A DNA stretch of 64,000 nucleotides from a virus: positions 24,343 to 88,342 of IMG/VR virus record IMGVR_UViG_3300044678_002654; one strand, 5' to 3'. The notes beneath the pieces were generated by a model. That model saw only the letters and a list, made by a program, of their open reading frames with translations. It was not told where the DNA came from and made no database searches. How positions within the stretch are numbered: the stretch's first letter is position 1; each line of letters begins with the position of its first letter. Below, one piece after another: positions 27,887 to 36,873 of the stretch. A program made the translations under genes and the position numbers.

Positions 27887-28936
27887 ATGCCGCTCCCTTC
27901 TCTTGGTGGCCTCACCAACGCCTACCGCGCGCTCCCGGGCAGCGCCCGTCGCACGCTCGTCCACACAGGCATCGGAACCGCTGCGGGCGCCGCCCTCGGC
28001 GGCCTCACCGCGCAGGAGGGCCAGCGTGGGCGCGGCGCGCTCACGGGTGGGCTCATCGGCGGCACGGCGGCGGGCGGCGCGTCCTACCTCGCCAACCGTT
28101 CGGCGGGAAAAGCCATCACGGGCCTGCGGGGGCAGAACGCTGGCCTGTCGGACAACGTCTCAAAGCTCGAAAGCAGCGTCGCGAGCCTCGGGCAAGAGAA
28201 CGCGCACATCTCAAGCCAGTACGAGAAGGTCCTGGGCAAGTACGACGCGGCAGCGAGCGCCCGTGACGCGCTTCAGAAGAACTACGAGAACGCGCAGAAC
28301 GAGATCAACGCTGCTCGCGCCGTGATCAACGGGGGCATGGTCAACCCCGCTGCCCGCTCGCACGGGCAGCAGTTTGGTACCCCTGGGTCCGGGGCTGTGG
28401 CTTCACGTCCTGCGCCCACCGGCGACGGCAGTATGCGCTTCACCCAGCCGGCTCGCGACACGATCCCTGACGCGGTGCGCCCGAGCGGCATGTACCCGGC
28501 GACGCAGGTCAACCCCATGGCCCCAGTGCACCAGAACACGGCGACGATCCAGACGCCCGTGACACCTGTGACAAGGCAGCAGTCGGGTGTGTTCCCCGTT
28601 CAGCAGCAGAAGGTCGGCGAGGCTTTCCCTTTCCCACTGGACCCCTCTCAGGGGGCCATGCTCGGCGGTCTCGGTGGTCTGGTCACGGGCGGTGGGCTCG
28701 CGGCCCTTGACCCCGAGACCCGCAACGCGCGCGCCATCCTGCGCAACTCGGCAATCGGCGGCACGGTCGGCGCCCTCGGCGGCTACGGGCTGACGCTCGG
28801 CGGTCTCAACGGCGGTTACAGCGCGGGGCATCACGAGGGGCGCATGAAGGGTTACAACGACGGCGCCGAGGATCTCGGCGTTGCCAGTCGCGAGGCGGTA
28901 GACGCGCTACTTCGAAACCTCAGACGCTTCGACTGA
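27887..28936 (+). CDS. glycine-zipper / coiled-coil protein
   Basis: two Gly-zipper hairpins flanking a coiled coil and a Pro/Gln linker. Confidence 0.65.
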   Translation: MPLPSLGGLTNAYRALPGSARRTLVHTGIGTAAGAALGGLTAQEGQRGRGALTGGLIGGTAAGGASYLANRSAGKAITGLRGQNAGLSDNVSKLESSVASLGQENAHISSQYEKVLGKYDAAASARDALQKNYENAQNEINAARAVINGGMVNPAARSHGQQFGTPGSGAVASRPAPTGDGSMRFTQPARDTIPDAVRPSGMYPATQVNPMAPVHQNTATIQTPVTPVTRQQSGVFPVQQQKVGEAFPFPLDPSQGAMLGGLGGLVTGGGLAALDPETRNARAILRNSAIGGTVGALGGYGLTLGGLNGGYSAGHHEGRMKGYNDGAEDLGVASREAVDALLRNLRRFD

Positions 28937-29284
28937 ACCCCGCTTGGCTCGCATCTCCCGTGCGATCTTCGCCGCGTGGGCGAGGCGCTCCGGCAGGTCT
29001 CGGGTGTCTGGTGAGTCCATCCCGAGAAGGCACATCACGCAGAAGAACGCGTGACAGAGGTGCGGCAGCGTCGACTCAGGGTCGTACTTCTCTCCGCCGC
29101 GCCACGCCTCGACATGCCGCAGCAGGGCGCTGTAGTACCGAGCGCCCCAGTCGTCGACCTCGCGCCAGTTCTCTTCCTTGTACTTGATCGCACCGTAGGT
29201 GAGCACGGCCGCTAGCCACGCGTTCGCCGCGCGGTCGATCAGGTGATAGCGCAGCTTTTCCGAGTCAAACTTCATTCCTGCCAT
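28907..29284 (-). CDS. dATP/dGTP diphosphohydrolase (DUF5664 family)
   Basis: GMKFDSEKLRYHLI...VLTYGAIKY...NW...ALLRH...DPESTLPHLCHA; GAGGAG RBS. Confidence 0.85.
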   Translation of the reverse strand: MAGMKFDSEKLRYHLIDRAANAWLAAVLTYGAIKYKEENWREVDDWGARYYSALLRHVEAWRGGEKYDPESTLPHLCHAFFCVMCLLGMDSPDTRDLPERLAHAAKIAREMRAKRGSVEASEVSK

Positions 29285-29315
29285 GAATGCTCCTCGCTAT
29301 CTGGTATAAGGGAAT

Positions 29316-29364
29316 AGAGACGAGTGTGGTACTCAAGGACGCGGTTCAACTCCGCGTCGTCTTT
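29316..29364 (+). ncRNA. candidate tRNA-elbow-like small RNA
   Basis: three-way junction with GG-containing loop and T-loop GG-TTCAACT-CC; begins 6 nt after TATAAG at 29305-29310. Confidence 0.35.
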
Positions 29365-29366
29365 GC

Positions 29367-29696
29367 CTACCAAGCATCTGCTGGCAAAAGGTACCCCCGA
29401 TCGATCACGCCTTGAAGCTCTTCCACGTCGCACGAGCCGCCCATCTTGTTGAGCGTACCGTAGGCGTGGAGGAGGTCTTCGGCGTCGGCGAGGCTCATTT
29501 GTTTTCCACGGAAGCGGACGTGCGCCTCCAGGCGGAAGCGCTCGATACGCCGTCGCGCAGCGCTGACGTTGGCGTCGTAGTTGAGGTAGACGTTTTGAAA
29601 GCTCGGAGTCCCGAGCGCGTCCACCGTTGCCTTGTCACGCGCGGCGCTGAGCCGTTCCAACTCGTTGATGAGGTCCTTACCGTTCACTTGTTTCAC
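29367..29696 (-). CDS. hypothetical protein
   Basis: GTG start lies within palindrome 29692-29704. Confidence 0.55.
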   Translation of the reverse strand: MKQVNGKDLINELERLSAARDKATVDALGTPSFQNVYLNYDANVSAARRRIERFRLEAHVRFRGKQMSLADAEDLLHAYGTLNKMGGSCDVEELQGVIDRGYLLPADAW

Positions 29697-29722
29697 CCCG
29701 TGAAAGTTTGTAGCTTACCTGT

Positions 29723-30061
29723 ATGAGTGACGAGACCACCACCAAGCAGCGGGAGCGCCGCGACACCGCGACGCGCACCAAGGACACCTTCGGCGACATC
29801 CAGGAGGGGTTCGGCGACATCCAGCAAGCCCTCTCCCGTCGCGACATCTCGTGGATCACGCCGGCCGTGGCCGAGTCCTTTCGGGCACACCTCCGTCGCT
29901 TCACCAACGCGATCACGATGATCGACAACACCCTCGACGAGATCGCGCCTGCTGGGCTTCGCGGGCTCTCGATTCGTGTGGGCGGCGAGATCCCTTCCGC
30001 CCCGAGCGGCATGCTCGCTGAGGCCCTGGCCGCCGAGGAGATCAGCCCCGACAAGGACTGA
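29723..30061 (+). CDS. hypothetical protein
   Basis: 112 aa; TAGCTT 6 nt upstream. Confidence 0.65.
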   Translation: MSDETTTKQRERRDTATRTKDTFGDIQEGFGDIQQALSRRDISWITPAVAESFRAHLRRFTNAITMIDNTLDEIAPAGLRGLSIRVGGEIPSAPSGMLAEALAAEEISPDKD

Positions 30062-30141
30062 GCGCCTCCCCGCAGCAGAGCCTCTTCGTACCCGCCCGCT
30101 GGTGATGTTCTCCAGCGGGCGTTCTGCATTCAGGAGAAGAC

Positions 30142-30657
30142 ATGGAAGAAAACAAGCCTTCAAGCAAGACGACCGACGACGCCATGGACATGCTCGGCAA
30201 CTTCAAGGGCTACTACGCAGCCCTGGCGCGGTTCATCGCCGTGCAGATCGCGCTCATGCGCGGCCCTTGGTACGACTACGTCAAGGGCAACGAGAAGCTC
30301 AACCTCGCGCCCGGCGAGGTCCACAGCTACGCCGTGCGCCTCGCGCTGGAGGCGAGCGGCCGGATGGAGGGCTACGAGGGCAAGTACCACTTCCTCGGGC
30401 TCACCTTCCGTGACAGGGTGTTCGAGAGCGCCGGCAAGAGCTTCTCCTACTCCCACGCGGGAGAGGAGCGTTCGGTGCACCAGCGCACCGTGACGGTCTG
30501 GAAGATCAAGCCGGGCTCCGGGGCTGGGGCGACCCTGGAGCCCATGATGCCGGCCGACATCGCGACCAAGATCGAGCGCGCCAAGAACCGGGAGGCGGAG
30601 GTCCGTGCGATGCGGGAGAAGGCGCTCGCCGAAAAGGGGTGCGATGAACGTCCCTGA
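30142..30657 (+). CDS. hypothetical protein
   Basis: AGGAG RBS; 171 aa. Confidence 0.7.
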   Translation: MEENKPSSKTTDDAMDMLGNFKGYYAALARFIAVQIALMRGPWYDYVKGNEKLNLAPGEVHSYAVRLALEASGRMEGYEGKYHFLGLTFRDRVFESAGKSFSYSHAGEERSVHQRTVTVWKIKPGSGAGATLEPMMPADIATKIERAKNREAEVRAMREKALAEKGCDERP

Positions 30658-31501
30658 GGTCTTCAAGACGGCTAGGGGGACGCGATACCTCAAGGACCCT
30701 GGCGTCGTCCACATGACGGAGACGCGGTTCACAGACCGCGCGTTCTTCCGCGAGTTCCTCGAAGGATTCGGCCAGGGCTTCGAGCTCTACGCCGATGATC
30801 TCGATGACGCCATCGAGAGCGGGGCCGCATCCGACGGCGAGCTCGCGATGCAGGTCGCGGGGCAGATCTGCTACCTCTCGTTCGGCGAGAAGCGCACCCC
30901 CTTCGAGGAGAACGCCGACTACGTCGTCAAGATCATGGACGCCGCACACGGCTCCGTGATGCACCACTCGGGCTTCGGCTTCATCATCTACGGCGCCGAC
31001 CGCGCCTTCACCCACGAGCTCGTGCGTCACGGCGCCGGCATCGGCGTCTCGCAGGTCTCACAGCGGTACGTCGGGCCGGAGACGCTTCGATTCGTCATGC
31101 CCTTCGAGGACCAGCAAGATCCTGAGCTCTGCGAGAAGTTCGAGGCGCACATCGACGCGGCGCGCGTGGCGTATTCCGACCGGATCGAAGATCTCAGACG
31201 AGTCATGCCACGCACCGCGACCGAAACGAACACGGAGTGGCGCAAGCGCATCCAGTCATCGGCGCGCAGCGTCCTGCCAAACGACGCCGAGGCGCCCCTC
31301 TTCTGGAGCGCGAACTTCCGCGCGCTCACGCACGTCTTCAGCATGCGCTGTTCGAAGCACGCCGACGTACGAATCCGCCGGCCGATGCTCGAAGTCCTGT
31401 CCGTTGCGCAGAACGTCGCCCCGAACGTCTTCGGCCACTTCCAGCGCTTCCGTCTGCCCGATGGCACCTGGGAAGCGGTGAGCAAGTACCTCAAGCCCTG
31501 A
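30644..31501 (+). CDS. thyX: FAD-dependent thymidylate synthase
   Basis: HGSVMHH...RAFTHELVRH...SQVSQRYV...ARSVLPN. Confidence 0.9.
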   Translation: MNVPEVFKTARGTRYLKDPGVVHMTETRFTDRAFFREFLEGFGQGFELYADDLDDAIESGAASDGELAMQVAGQICYLSFGEKRTPFEENADYVVKIMDAAHGSVMHHSGFGFIIYGADRAFTHELVRHGAGIGVSQVSQRYVGPETLRFVMPFEDQQDPELCEKFEAHIDAARVAYSDRIEDLRRVMPRTATETNTEWRKRIQSSARSVLPNDAEAPLFWSANFRALTHVFSMRCSKHADVRIRRPMLEVLSVAQNVAPNVFGHFQRFRLPDGTWEAVSKYLKP

Positions 31502-31517
31502 CCGGGCGTTTCACTCG

Positions 31518-31850
31518 GTGAACTACGCACCACCGGACGAGGTGCGCGCCAACGCGGCGCGCGGCCTCGTTCTCGTAAGCGAAGGCCGTGGCGGCAAAGG
31601 GCTCAAGCCAGCGACGGTGCGACAGGCGCGGCGCATCGCGGACGGCAGGGGCCTTGACTACGACGAAGCAAAGGTGAACCTCGCGTGGTTCGCCAGATTC
31701 GGCGCCTACACCGCCGCAGTAGCTGCGCGCCGACGTGACCCCCAATGCCCAGCCGCCGTCTCGTGGCTCCTGCACGGCGGCGACGAAGGATGGGAATGGG
31801 TCCGCGAGATCGTCGAGATCGACTTTCCACTCCCGCAACGAGGTCCTTGA
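31518..31850 (+). CDS. phage head-associated domain protein (stand-alone)
   Basis: PP..VRANAARGL...GRGGKG...ARRIA.G...WFARF...SWLLHGGDEG..W, a pattern I recall fused to head morphogenesis proteins. Confidence 0.5.
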   Translation: MNYAPPDEVRANAARGLVLVSEGRGGKGLKPATVRQARRIADGRGLDYDEAKVNLAWFARFGAYTAAVAARRRDPQCPAAVSWLLHGGDEGWEWVREIVEIDFPLPQRGP

Positions 31851-32167
31851 TGGATGAACACTGGTCTGGGCTCACACCTCCCGACGCTGCGACTTGTGCG
31901 TGGGGTGCACGCGCGATCTACCAAGGGCGGGGCGCTCCCCTGCTCGACTTCCTGCCCGACCACCAGAGTTACCGAGGCGCGAAGATCACGAAGAAAGTCT
32001 TCAAGGCACTGGTCTCCGAACTTCGTCGCGCGGTCGCTCTGGTGCACCCCGACCCGACCACCGACCACACCTACGAAGTCGAGCACCCGAAGCACCCGGG
32101 GTGGAGAATCCGCTTCAACCCACGTGCCAGCCACGGGTACATGTACTGTCTGATCTGGAGAATCTGA
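31850..32167 (+). CDS. hypothetical protein
   Basis: TGATG coupling; AWGARAIY...ASHGYMY. Confidence 0.6.
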   Translation: MDEHWSGLTPPDAATCAWGARAIYQGRGAPLLDFLPDHQSYRGAKITKKVFKALVSELRRAVALVHPDPTTDHTYEVEHPKHPGWRIRFNPRASHGYMYCLIWRI

Positions 32168-32487
32168 TGCCCAAAGCGGACAACTTCATGGTGCAAGCCG
32201 AAAATGCCGAGCGTATGCACCGACAGATGCTTCGCGCGTTCTCGCTGCCGGTCTTCAAGGAGAACGCCGTTCTCCTGCTCCACTTCCCCGAGCAGGAGCT
32301 GAAGGACTGCGTGAGCGTCAAGATCTGTCGCGTCATGCGCGTGGAGACCGGCCACGCCCTCTTGGACCTGGGTGACGACAAGCGGGTCTGGATGAGCAAG
32401 GAGGACGCCGCTTGCCGCAACTGGGCGGCGTACGACTTCTCGGAGGATCGAGGCTTCAGCTCCCAATCGGTCCCGAAGTCCCAATGA
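32167..32487 (+). CDS. hypothetical protein
   Basis: GGAG RBS, TGATG coupling. Confidence 0.55.
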   Translation: MPKADNFMVQAENAERMHRQMLRAFSLPVFKENAVLLLHFPEQELKDCVSVKICRVMRVETGHALLDLGDDKRVWMSKEDAACRNWAAYDFSEDRGFSSQSVPKSQ

Positions 32488-32675
32488 TGTACACGAAGTC
32501 GGAGCTGCGCGAACTGCCCACGCTCGCGCAAGGGCAGTGCTGCGACCTCAAGGCGGAAGAGAATGGCCGTCGGTACTGGATCTGCCGCATGGGCGGAGGC
32601 GTCACCGTTGAGAAGCTCATCAAGGGGCGTTGGACGATTGTTGCTGGCGCCTGTACTCAAGGAGAGTGAAAACAG

Positions 32676-33341
32676 ATGGACCGAATCCCGAAGCCTTTTG
32701 AGGTCTACGCCTCCGGCAACAAGCTCGTCTTGATCTACCTCGACGAGGCCCCCGAGAACCCGCGCGAGAATTGCGACAACGCCAGCACGATGTGGTGCTG
32801 GCACCGTCGCTACAACCTCGGCGACAAGGACAGCGACAAGCCCCGCCACGAAGACTTCGATGGGTGGGAGGCGATCGCCGAGTACATCCGCGAGAACCAC
32901 TGCATCCTCGCCATGAAGCCGCTCTACCTGATGGACCACAGCGGCATCTCGATCTCCACAGGAGAGTTCGCCTGCCGCTGGGATTCAGGACCGGTCGGGT
33001 TCATCTTCGTGACCGAAGACCACCATCTTCGCATGATGAACGATGCAGCCGACAAGGCGACGCGCGTCGCCTGGGCCGAGAAGGTAATCAGGGGGGACGT
33101 CGAGGTCTACGACGACTACCTCACTGGGGCCGTCTTTCGCAGGGAAGTGCTTGACCTCACGGCCTTGAACGACACTGATCGCGACAACTGTGGCACGTAC
33201 TACGGGTACGACCACAAGAAGAGCGGGCTTCTTGCCGACACCGGCTGCGAGGACGCCGTCGAAATCCGGCTCGATGAGGCGCTGCGGCGTATCAAGGAAG
33301 CCGCCGACGAGGCTGGGGTGGAGTTCTATGGCTGGCGCTGA
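32676..33341 (+). CDS. conserved-looking phage hypothetical protein
   Basis: NPRE..DN...HRRYNLGD...YLMDHSGISIS...WDSG.VGFI...YDDYLTG. Confidence 0.75.
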   Translation: MDRIPKPFEVYASGNKLVLIYLDEAPENPRENCDNASTMWCWHRRYNLGDKDSDKPRHEDFDGWEAIAEYIRENHCILAMKPLYLMDHSGISISTGEFACRWDSGPVGFIFVTEDHHLRMMNDAADKATRVAWAEKVIRGDVEVYDDYLTGAVFRREVLDLTALNDTDRDNCGTYYGYDHKKSGLLADTGCEDAVEIRLDEALRRIKEAADEAGVEFYGWR

Positions 33342-33530
33342 ACCCCTGCCGACCGTCCTGGTCGCGCTGGACAAGTACGACTTCATGATCCTGCTGCAAG
33401 CTCTCGCGCTCGTGCAGGAAAAGCACCCGAACTTCTGGTCGAGCGATGAAGCCGCCGACCTTGCGAGCATCCGTACGAGAATCTCGGACGCCGCCAAGTC
33501 TCTGCCTCCTGCCACAGAAGGGGCCGCACA

Positions 33531-34397
33531 ATGACCTACAACGATCTGGCCAAGAAGCTCGGCGAGAACACCGACAAGAAGATCGCGCACGCCACGACCG
33601 TGCGATGGGGCACAAACGACGGTGTCATCAGCACCCCGGATGGCAAGCAGCACGAAGACCAGCGCAAGGTCTTGATCGTACGCTTTCACGCCACGGACAT
33701 CCTGTACCTCTACCCAGACGGTTCCGTGCGTGTCTACGCCGGGGGATGGCGTACCCACATGACGCGAGAACGTGTTCGGGAGTTCGGGAAGATCCGAATC
33801 CAGTCTCATGAAGGGCTGTGGTTCATCGACAAGGGTGGGCACCGCAAAACTGTTCTCACGCCGTTCTACGACGGCATGCTCTTCGACGCGAGTGGCCTCA
33901 TCTCTCTCCCTCGCGAGGAGACCTACGCCTCCGTGATGAAGCGCAAGCACGCCCTTGACCGAGCCGTGCGCCGGTACATCAAGGACTTCAACGCCGCGCT
34001 CAAGAAGCAGGTCGACGAGAACGGCGAGATGCTAAAGCCCGACGGGGGGAACTGCTGGTACTGCTACTTGTTCGGTGACCCCAATGTGGACCATGTACTG
34101 CGCCACATGGAAGCTGGCTACTTCGTGCCCTCGCTCCTCTTCAACGCGATGGTCGAGCGGCGCAGCGGCACCTCGTGGCAGTCAGGAAGGCCCTCCAAGG
34201 AGGAGGCCAACAAGAGCGCCGGCCTGGACTGGTTCCTCGCAGAGAGCGACTTCAAGCACCGCGACGCGCCCACGTCTTGGTTTGTTGACCGCGCGCTTCG
34301 TGCCTACCTCTCCAAGCGCAAGTGGCGGCTGCTGGAGATCTTCGATCCGGTGGCGTTCAAGAAGGCGTACAAGGATGAGCACACTGAAGAAGCGTGA
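33531..34397 (+). CDS. hypothetical protein
   Basis: 288 aa; RFHATDIL...GGWRTHMTRER, CWYC. Confidence 0.7.
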   Translation: MTYNDLAKKLGENTDKKIAHATTVRWGTNDGVISTPDGKQHEDQRKVLIVRFHATDILYLYPDGSVRVYAGGWRTHMTRERVREFGKIRIQSHEGLWFIDKGGHRKTVLTPFYDGMLFDASGLISLPREETYASVMKRKHALDRAVRRYIKDFNAALKKQVDENGEMLKPDGGNCWYCYLFGDPNVDHVLRHMEAGYFVPSLLFNAMVERRSGTSWQSGRPSKEEANKSAGLDWFLAESDFKHRDAPTSWFVDRALRAYLSKRKWRLLEIFDPVAFKKAYKDEHTEEA

Positions 34398-34600
34398 GAC
34401 GTTCAAGTCGCGGGGGCGTAGCTTCAAGAACCGCACGGGGAGCCCATTCGAGTTCACCGACGACAAGCCCCTCGACGGTCTCGATGACCCGATGTACCGG
34501 ATCTGCTTCTCGGACGGTGTGATCATCTACGCATACAAAAATGAGGTGTACGAGACCGTAGAGTAGCGACGGCTGCGCTACTTCCTTATCCTCCGCCCCT

Positions 34601-34882
34601 ATGCAGGTAACATGGGTTCGCGGTGGGCGTACGCGGGATGAGGTCTTCGACTTCGATGACATCGACGACCTCGCTGATGTGATGGACGCAGAGTTCGGGT
34701 TCGAGGACGAGGACACGTTCCTCGACGCGGCCACGGAGGGGTCTGACGAGACGGTCTACGTCTACCTCGACGAGGACAAGCTGATCCAGTGGACGCTGTC
34801 CCGAGGCACTGCGGCCAAGCGGCTTCAGCAGTTCGGCGAAGAAGACGAGAACGACGAGGAGGACGAAGATTTCACGGGGTGA
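34601..34882 (+). CDS. highly acidic small protein (possible DNA mimic)
   Basis: about one third Asp/Glu; ends DFTG-stop in palindrome. Confidence 0.65.
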   Translation: MQVTWVRGGRTRDEVFDFDDIDDLADVMDAEFGFEDEDTFLDAATEGSDETVYVYLDEDKLIQWTLSRGTAAKRLQQFGEEDENDEEDEDFTG

Positions 34883-34918
34883 AGTCAGCGCTCCCTTCGT
34901 CCTGATGCGGAGGACACT

Positions 34919-35911
34919 GTGGGAGAGCAAGTAACCAGCATCGACACGGGGGCTCCCCTGTGGATCGAAGACGAGTGCGCCCCTGACGCCGAGAGCCTCT
35001 CGGAGGCGTGGGCCCGCCTCTTCGCGGAGCCCTTTGAGAAGCGACGCGCGCTGAAGATCGCTGACGAGGGTGACGCGATCTCCTATGAGATGCCCGGCGG
35101 CTACGTCGCCGTCGAGACGGGCTACCGGCAAGACGTCATCTTCGCACCTCGACGGCGCGTTCCTGCCGGCTGCGTGCAGACGTTGATGCTCAACCCCGGC
35201 AAGAACCCGGTGTTGTTCGACATGCCGGCGAACGAGGTCATCGACCTCAGGTGCATCAAAACAGAGGTTCACCATCACGGGATGTTCGGGCTCAACAAAG
35301 GTGAGCGCCACTACGCCGCGAAGCGTGACGCCTACGAACTTGTTCGGGGAACCTTGTACGTCATGGGCCCATACGGACAGAGCCTCCCGGACTGTCGCGC
35401 GCACGAGCTCATGAAGCAGTACAGCTACACCCCGCGCGAGCAACTGGAGTGGGCGCTTCGTCAATTCGCGGAGAAGGCGTTTGACGTGGACATCGCCCGC
35501 CTCGTGCAGTACCTCGCGAGTGAGGCGTACGGCCTCTACGGCGAGTGCTCAGCGTGCCACAAAGCGCAGTACCACCGGCGATGCGAGACTGAGATCTCGC
35601 GCGAGTACGGGTTCGACCTCGGGAGCTATGACGTCGATGTCTGCCTGAACTGTGGCGACAGGCTCACGAACTCAGCCGCCGTCATCGCACAAGAGGAAAG
35701 GAGCGTTCTCCGAGCGCTGCGGATCAAGCCGGTTACGGGCAAGATGCTGATCGCTGCCCGTAGGGTCCTTTGCATCAAGCGCGCGCACCTCGCCGACCTG
35801 CTCAAGATCAAGATCGATGACATCGTCGACTGGGAAGAGCGCGACGAGCTCGGCAAGGCGCCGGTCGAGTGGTTCATCGATCGCCTCGCGAAGACGGGCG
35901 TGTGGGGATGA
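34919..35911 (+). CDS. protein with C-terminal MqsA-like zinc finger plus XRE HTH
   Basis: CSACH...VCLNCGD...VTGKMLIAARRVLCIKRAHLADLLKIKIDDIVDWE. Confidence 0.55.
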   Translation: MGEQVTSIDTGAPLWIEDECAPDAESLSEAWARLFAEPFEKRRALKIADEGDAISYEMPGGYVAVETGYRQDVIFAPRRRVPAGCVQTLMLNPGKNPVLFDMPANEVIDLRCIKTEVHHHGMFGLNKGERHYAAKRDAYELVRGTLYVMGPYGQSLPDCRAHELMKQYSYTPREQLEWALRQFAEKAFDVDIARLVQYLASEAYGLYGECSACHKAQYHRRCETEISREYGFDLGSYDVDVCLNCGDRLTNSAAVIAQEERSVLRALRIKPVTGKMLIAARRVLCIKRAHLADLLKIKIDDIVDWEERDELGKAPVEWFIDRLAKTGVWG

Positions 35912-36159
35912 CGAACGAAGAAGCGACTGAAGTATTCAACGCCGGGCAAGAGCTATTACGTGCCTTACACGGGCACCTCTTCACCCGAGGGCTTGAGGCG
36001 TTCGACCGGTGCCTCGCCGATCTGTACAGCCACGCCGGACTACCTCACAAACTCTGCGACGGCTGCGACGCCGACGCCCCAGAGCAGATCTTGAAGGGCG
36101 GTCTGTGCCCCCGTTGCTGTGACTGACTTTCACGCGGTGAACGTCGTAGGCTCTTTCTT

Positions 36160-36873
36160 ATGAGTCTCGCCGCACAGAATCTCCGTTACGCGTATCACAT
36201 CGCCGACACGATTCACCGCAGGTATCTCTGGCTCGAACGTGACGACCTGCGCGCGGAGGCGGCCTACGGCTTTGTGCTGGCGGAGCGCACGTATGACCCT
36301 GAGCGGGGAGTGCTGTTCACGACGTACGCCCACCCCTGGGCCAAGAACTACGTGCTCCGCTTCATCGCGCGAAACAGCCGCGCGGTAAAGCTGGGCAACC
36401 CAGAACTTTTCTGGACCATCCGGCGCGTGCGCCAAGGGCGGTCCAGCGCGAAGGACGAGCGGCTGCTGAGCAGAAAGAAGATCGGCGAAGTCGCCGAGCT
36501 TCTCCAGTACAACAGCGCCCGGGATCGATCTATGTCCACTCCGGTCGACGGAGAAGATGAGAGCTACACGCTCCTCGACACCCTCTTCGACCCGGCAGAC
36601 ACCGAACGCGTCCACAAGCTCGACGGGGAGGACTTCGTCGCAGACGTCGTTGCCGGCATCGGCGAGCTACGCCCCATCTACATGGCGATCCTGCACGAGA
36701 TCATTCTCGCGCAAGACCCCGCACCGCTACAGACGATCGGCGAGCGCTTTGGCGTATCGAGACAGCGCGTCCAGCAGATCCAGGTGAAGCTGGTCAAGAA
36801 GCTCGCGGCCTACGTACAAGGAACAGAATGCCCGACGAAAAGTTCATCACCGAAGTCACCGAAGATGAAGTAA
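36160..36873 (+). CDS. sigma-70 family RNA polymerase sigma factor, RpoH-like
   Basis: region 2 DDLRAEAAYG...YDPERGVLFTTYAHPW; RDRSMSTPV; region 4 LQTIGERFGVSRQRVQQIQ. Confidence 0.88.
   Translation: MSLAAQNLRYAYHIADTIHRRYLWLERDDLRAEAAYGFVLAERTYDPERGVLFTTYAHPWAKNYVLRFIARNSRAVKLGNPELFWTIRRVRQGRSSAKDERLLSRKKIGEVAELLQYNSARDRSMSTPVDGEDESYTLLDTLFDPADTERVHKLDGEDFVADVVAGIGELRPIYMAILHEIILAQDPAPLQTIGERFGVSRQRVQQIQVKLVKKLAAYVQGTECPTKSSSPKSPKMK

Noticed and set aside
29316-29372. Complete tRNA or tmRNA gene
   Set aside because: No anticodon arm or tag-reading region, and CCA is not adjacent to the stem; kept only as a tRNA-like candidate.
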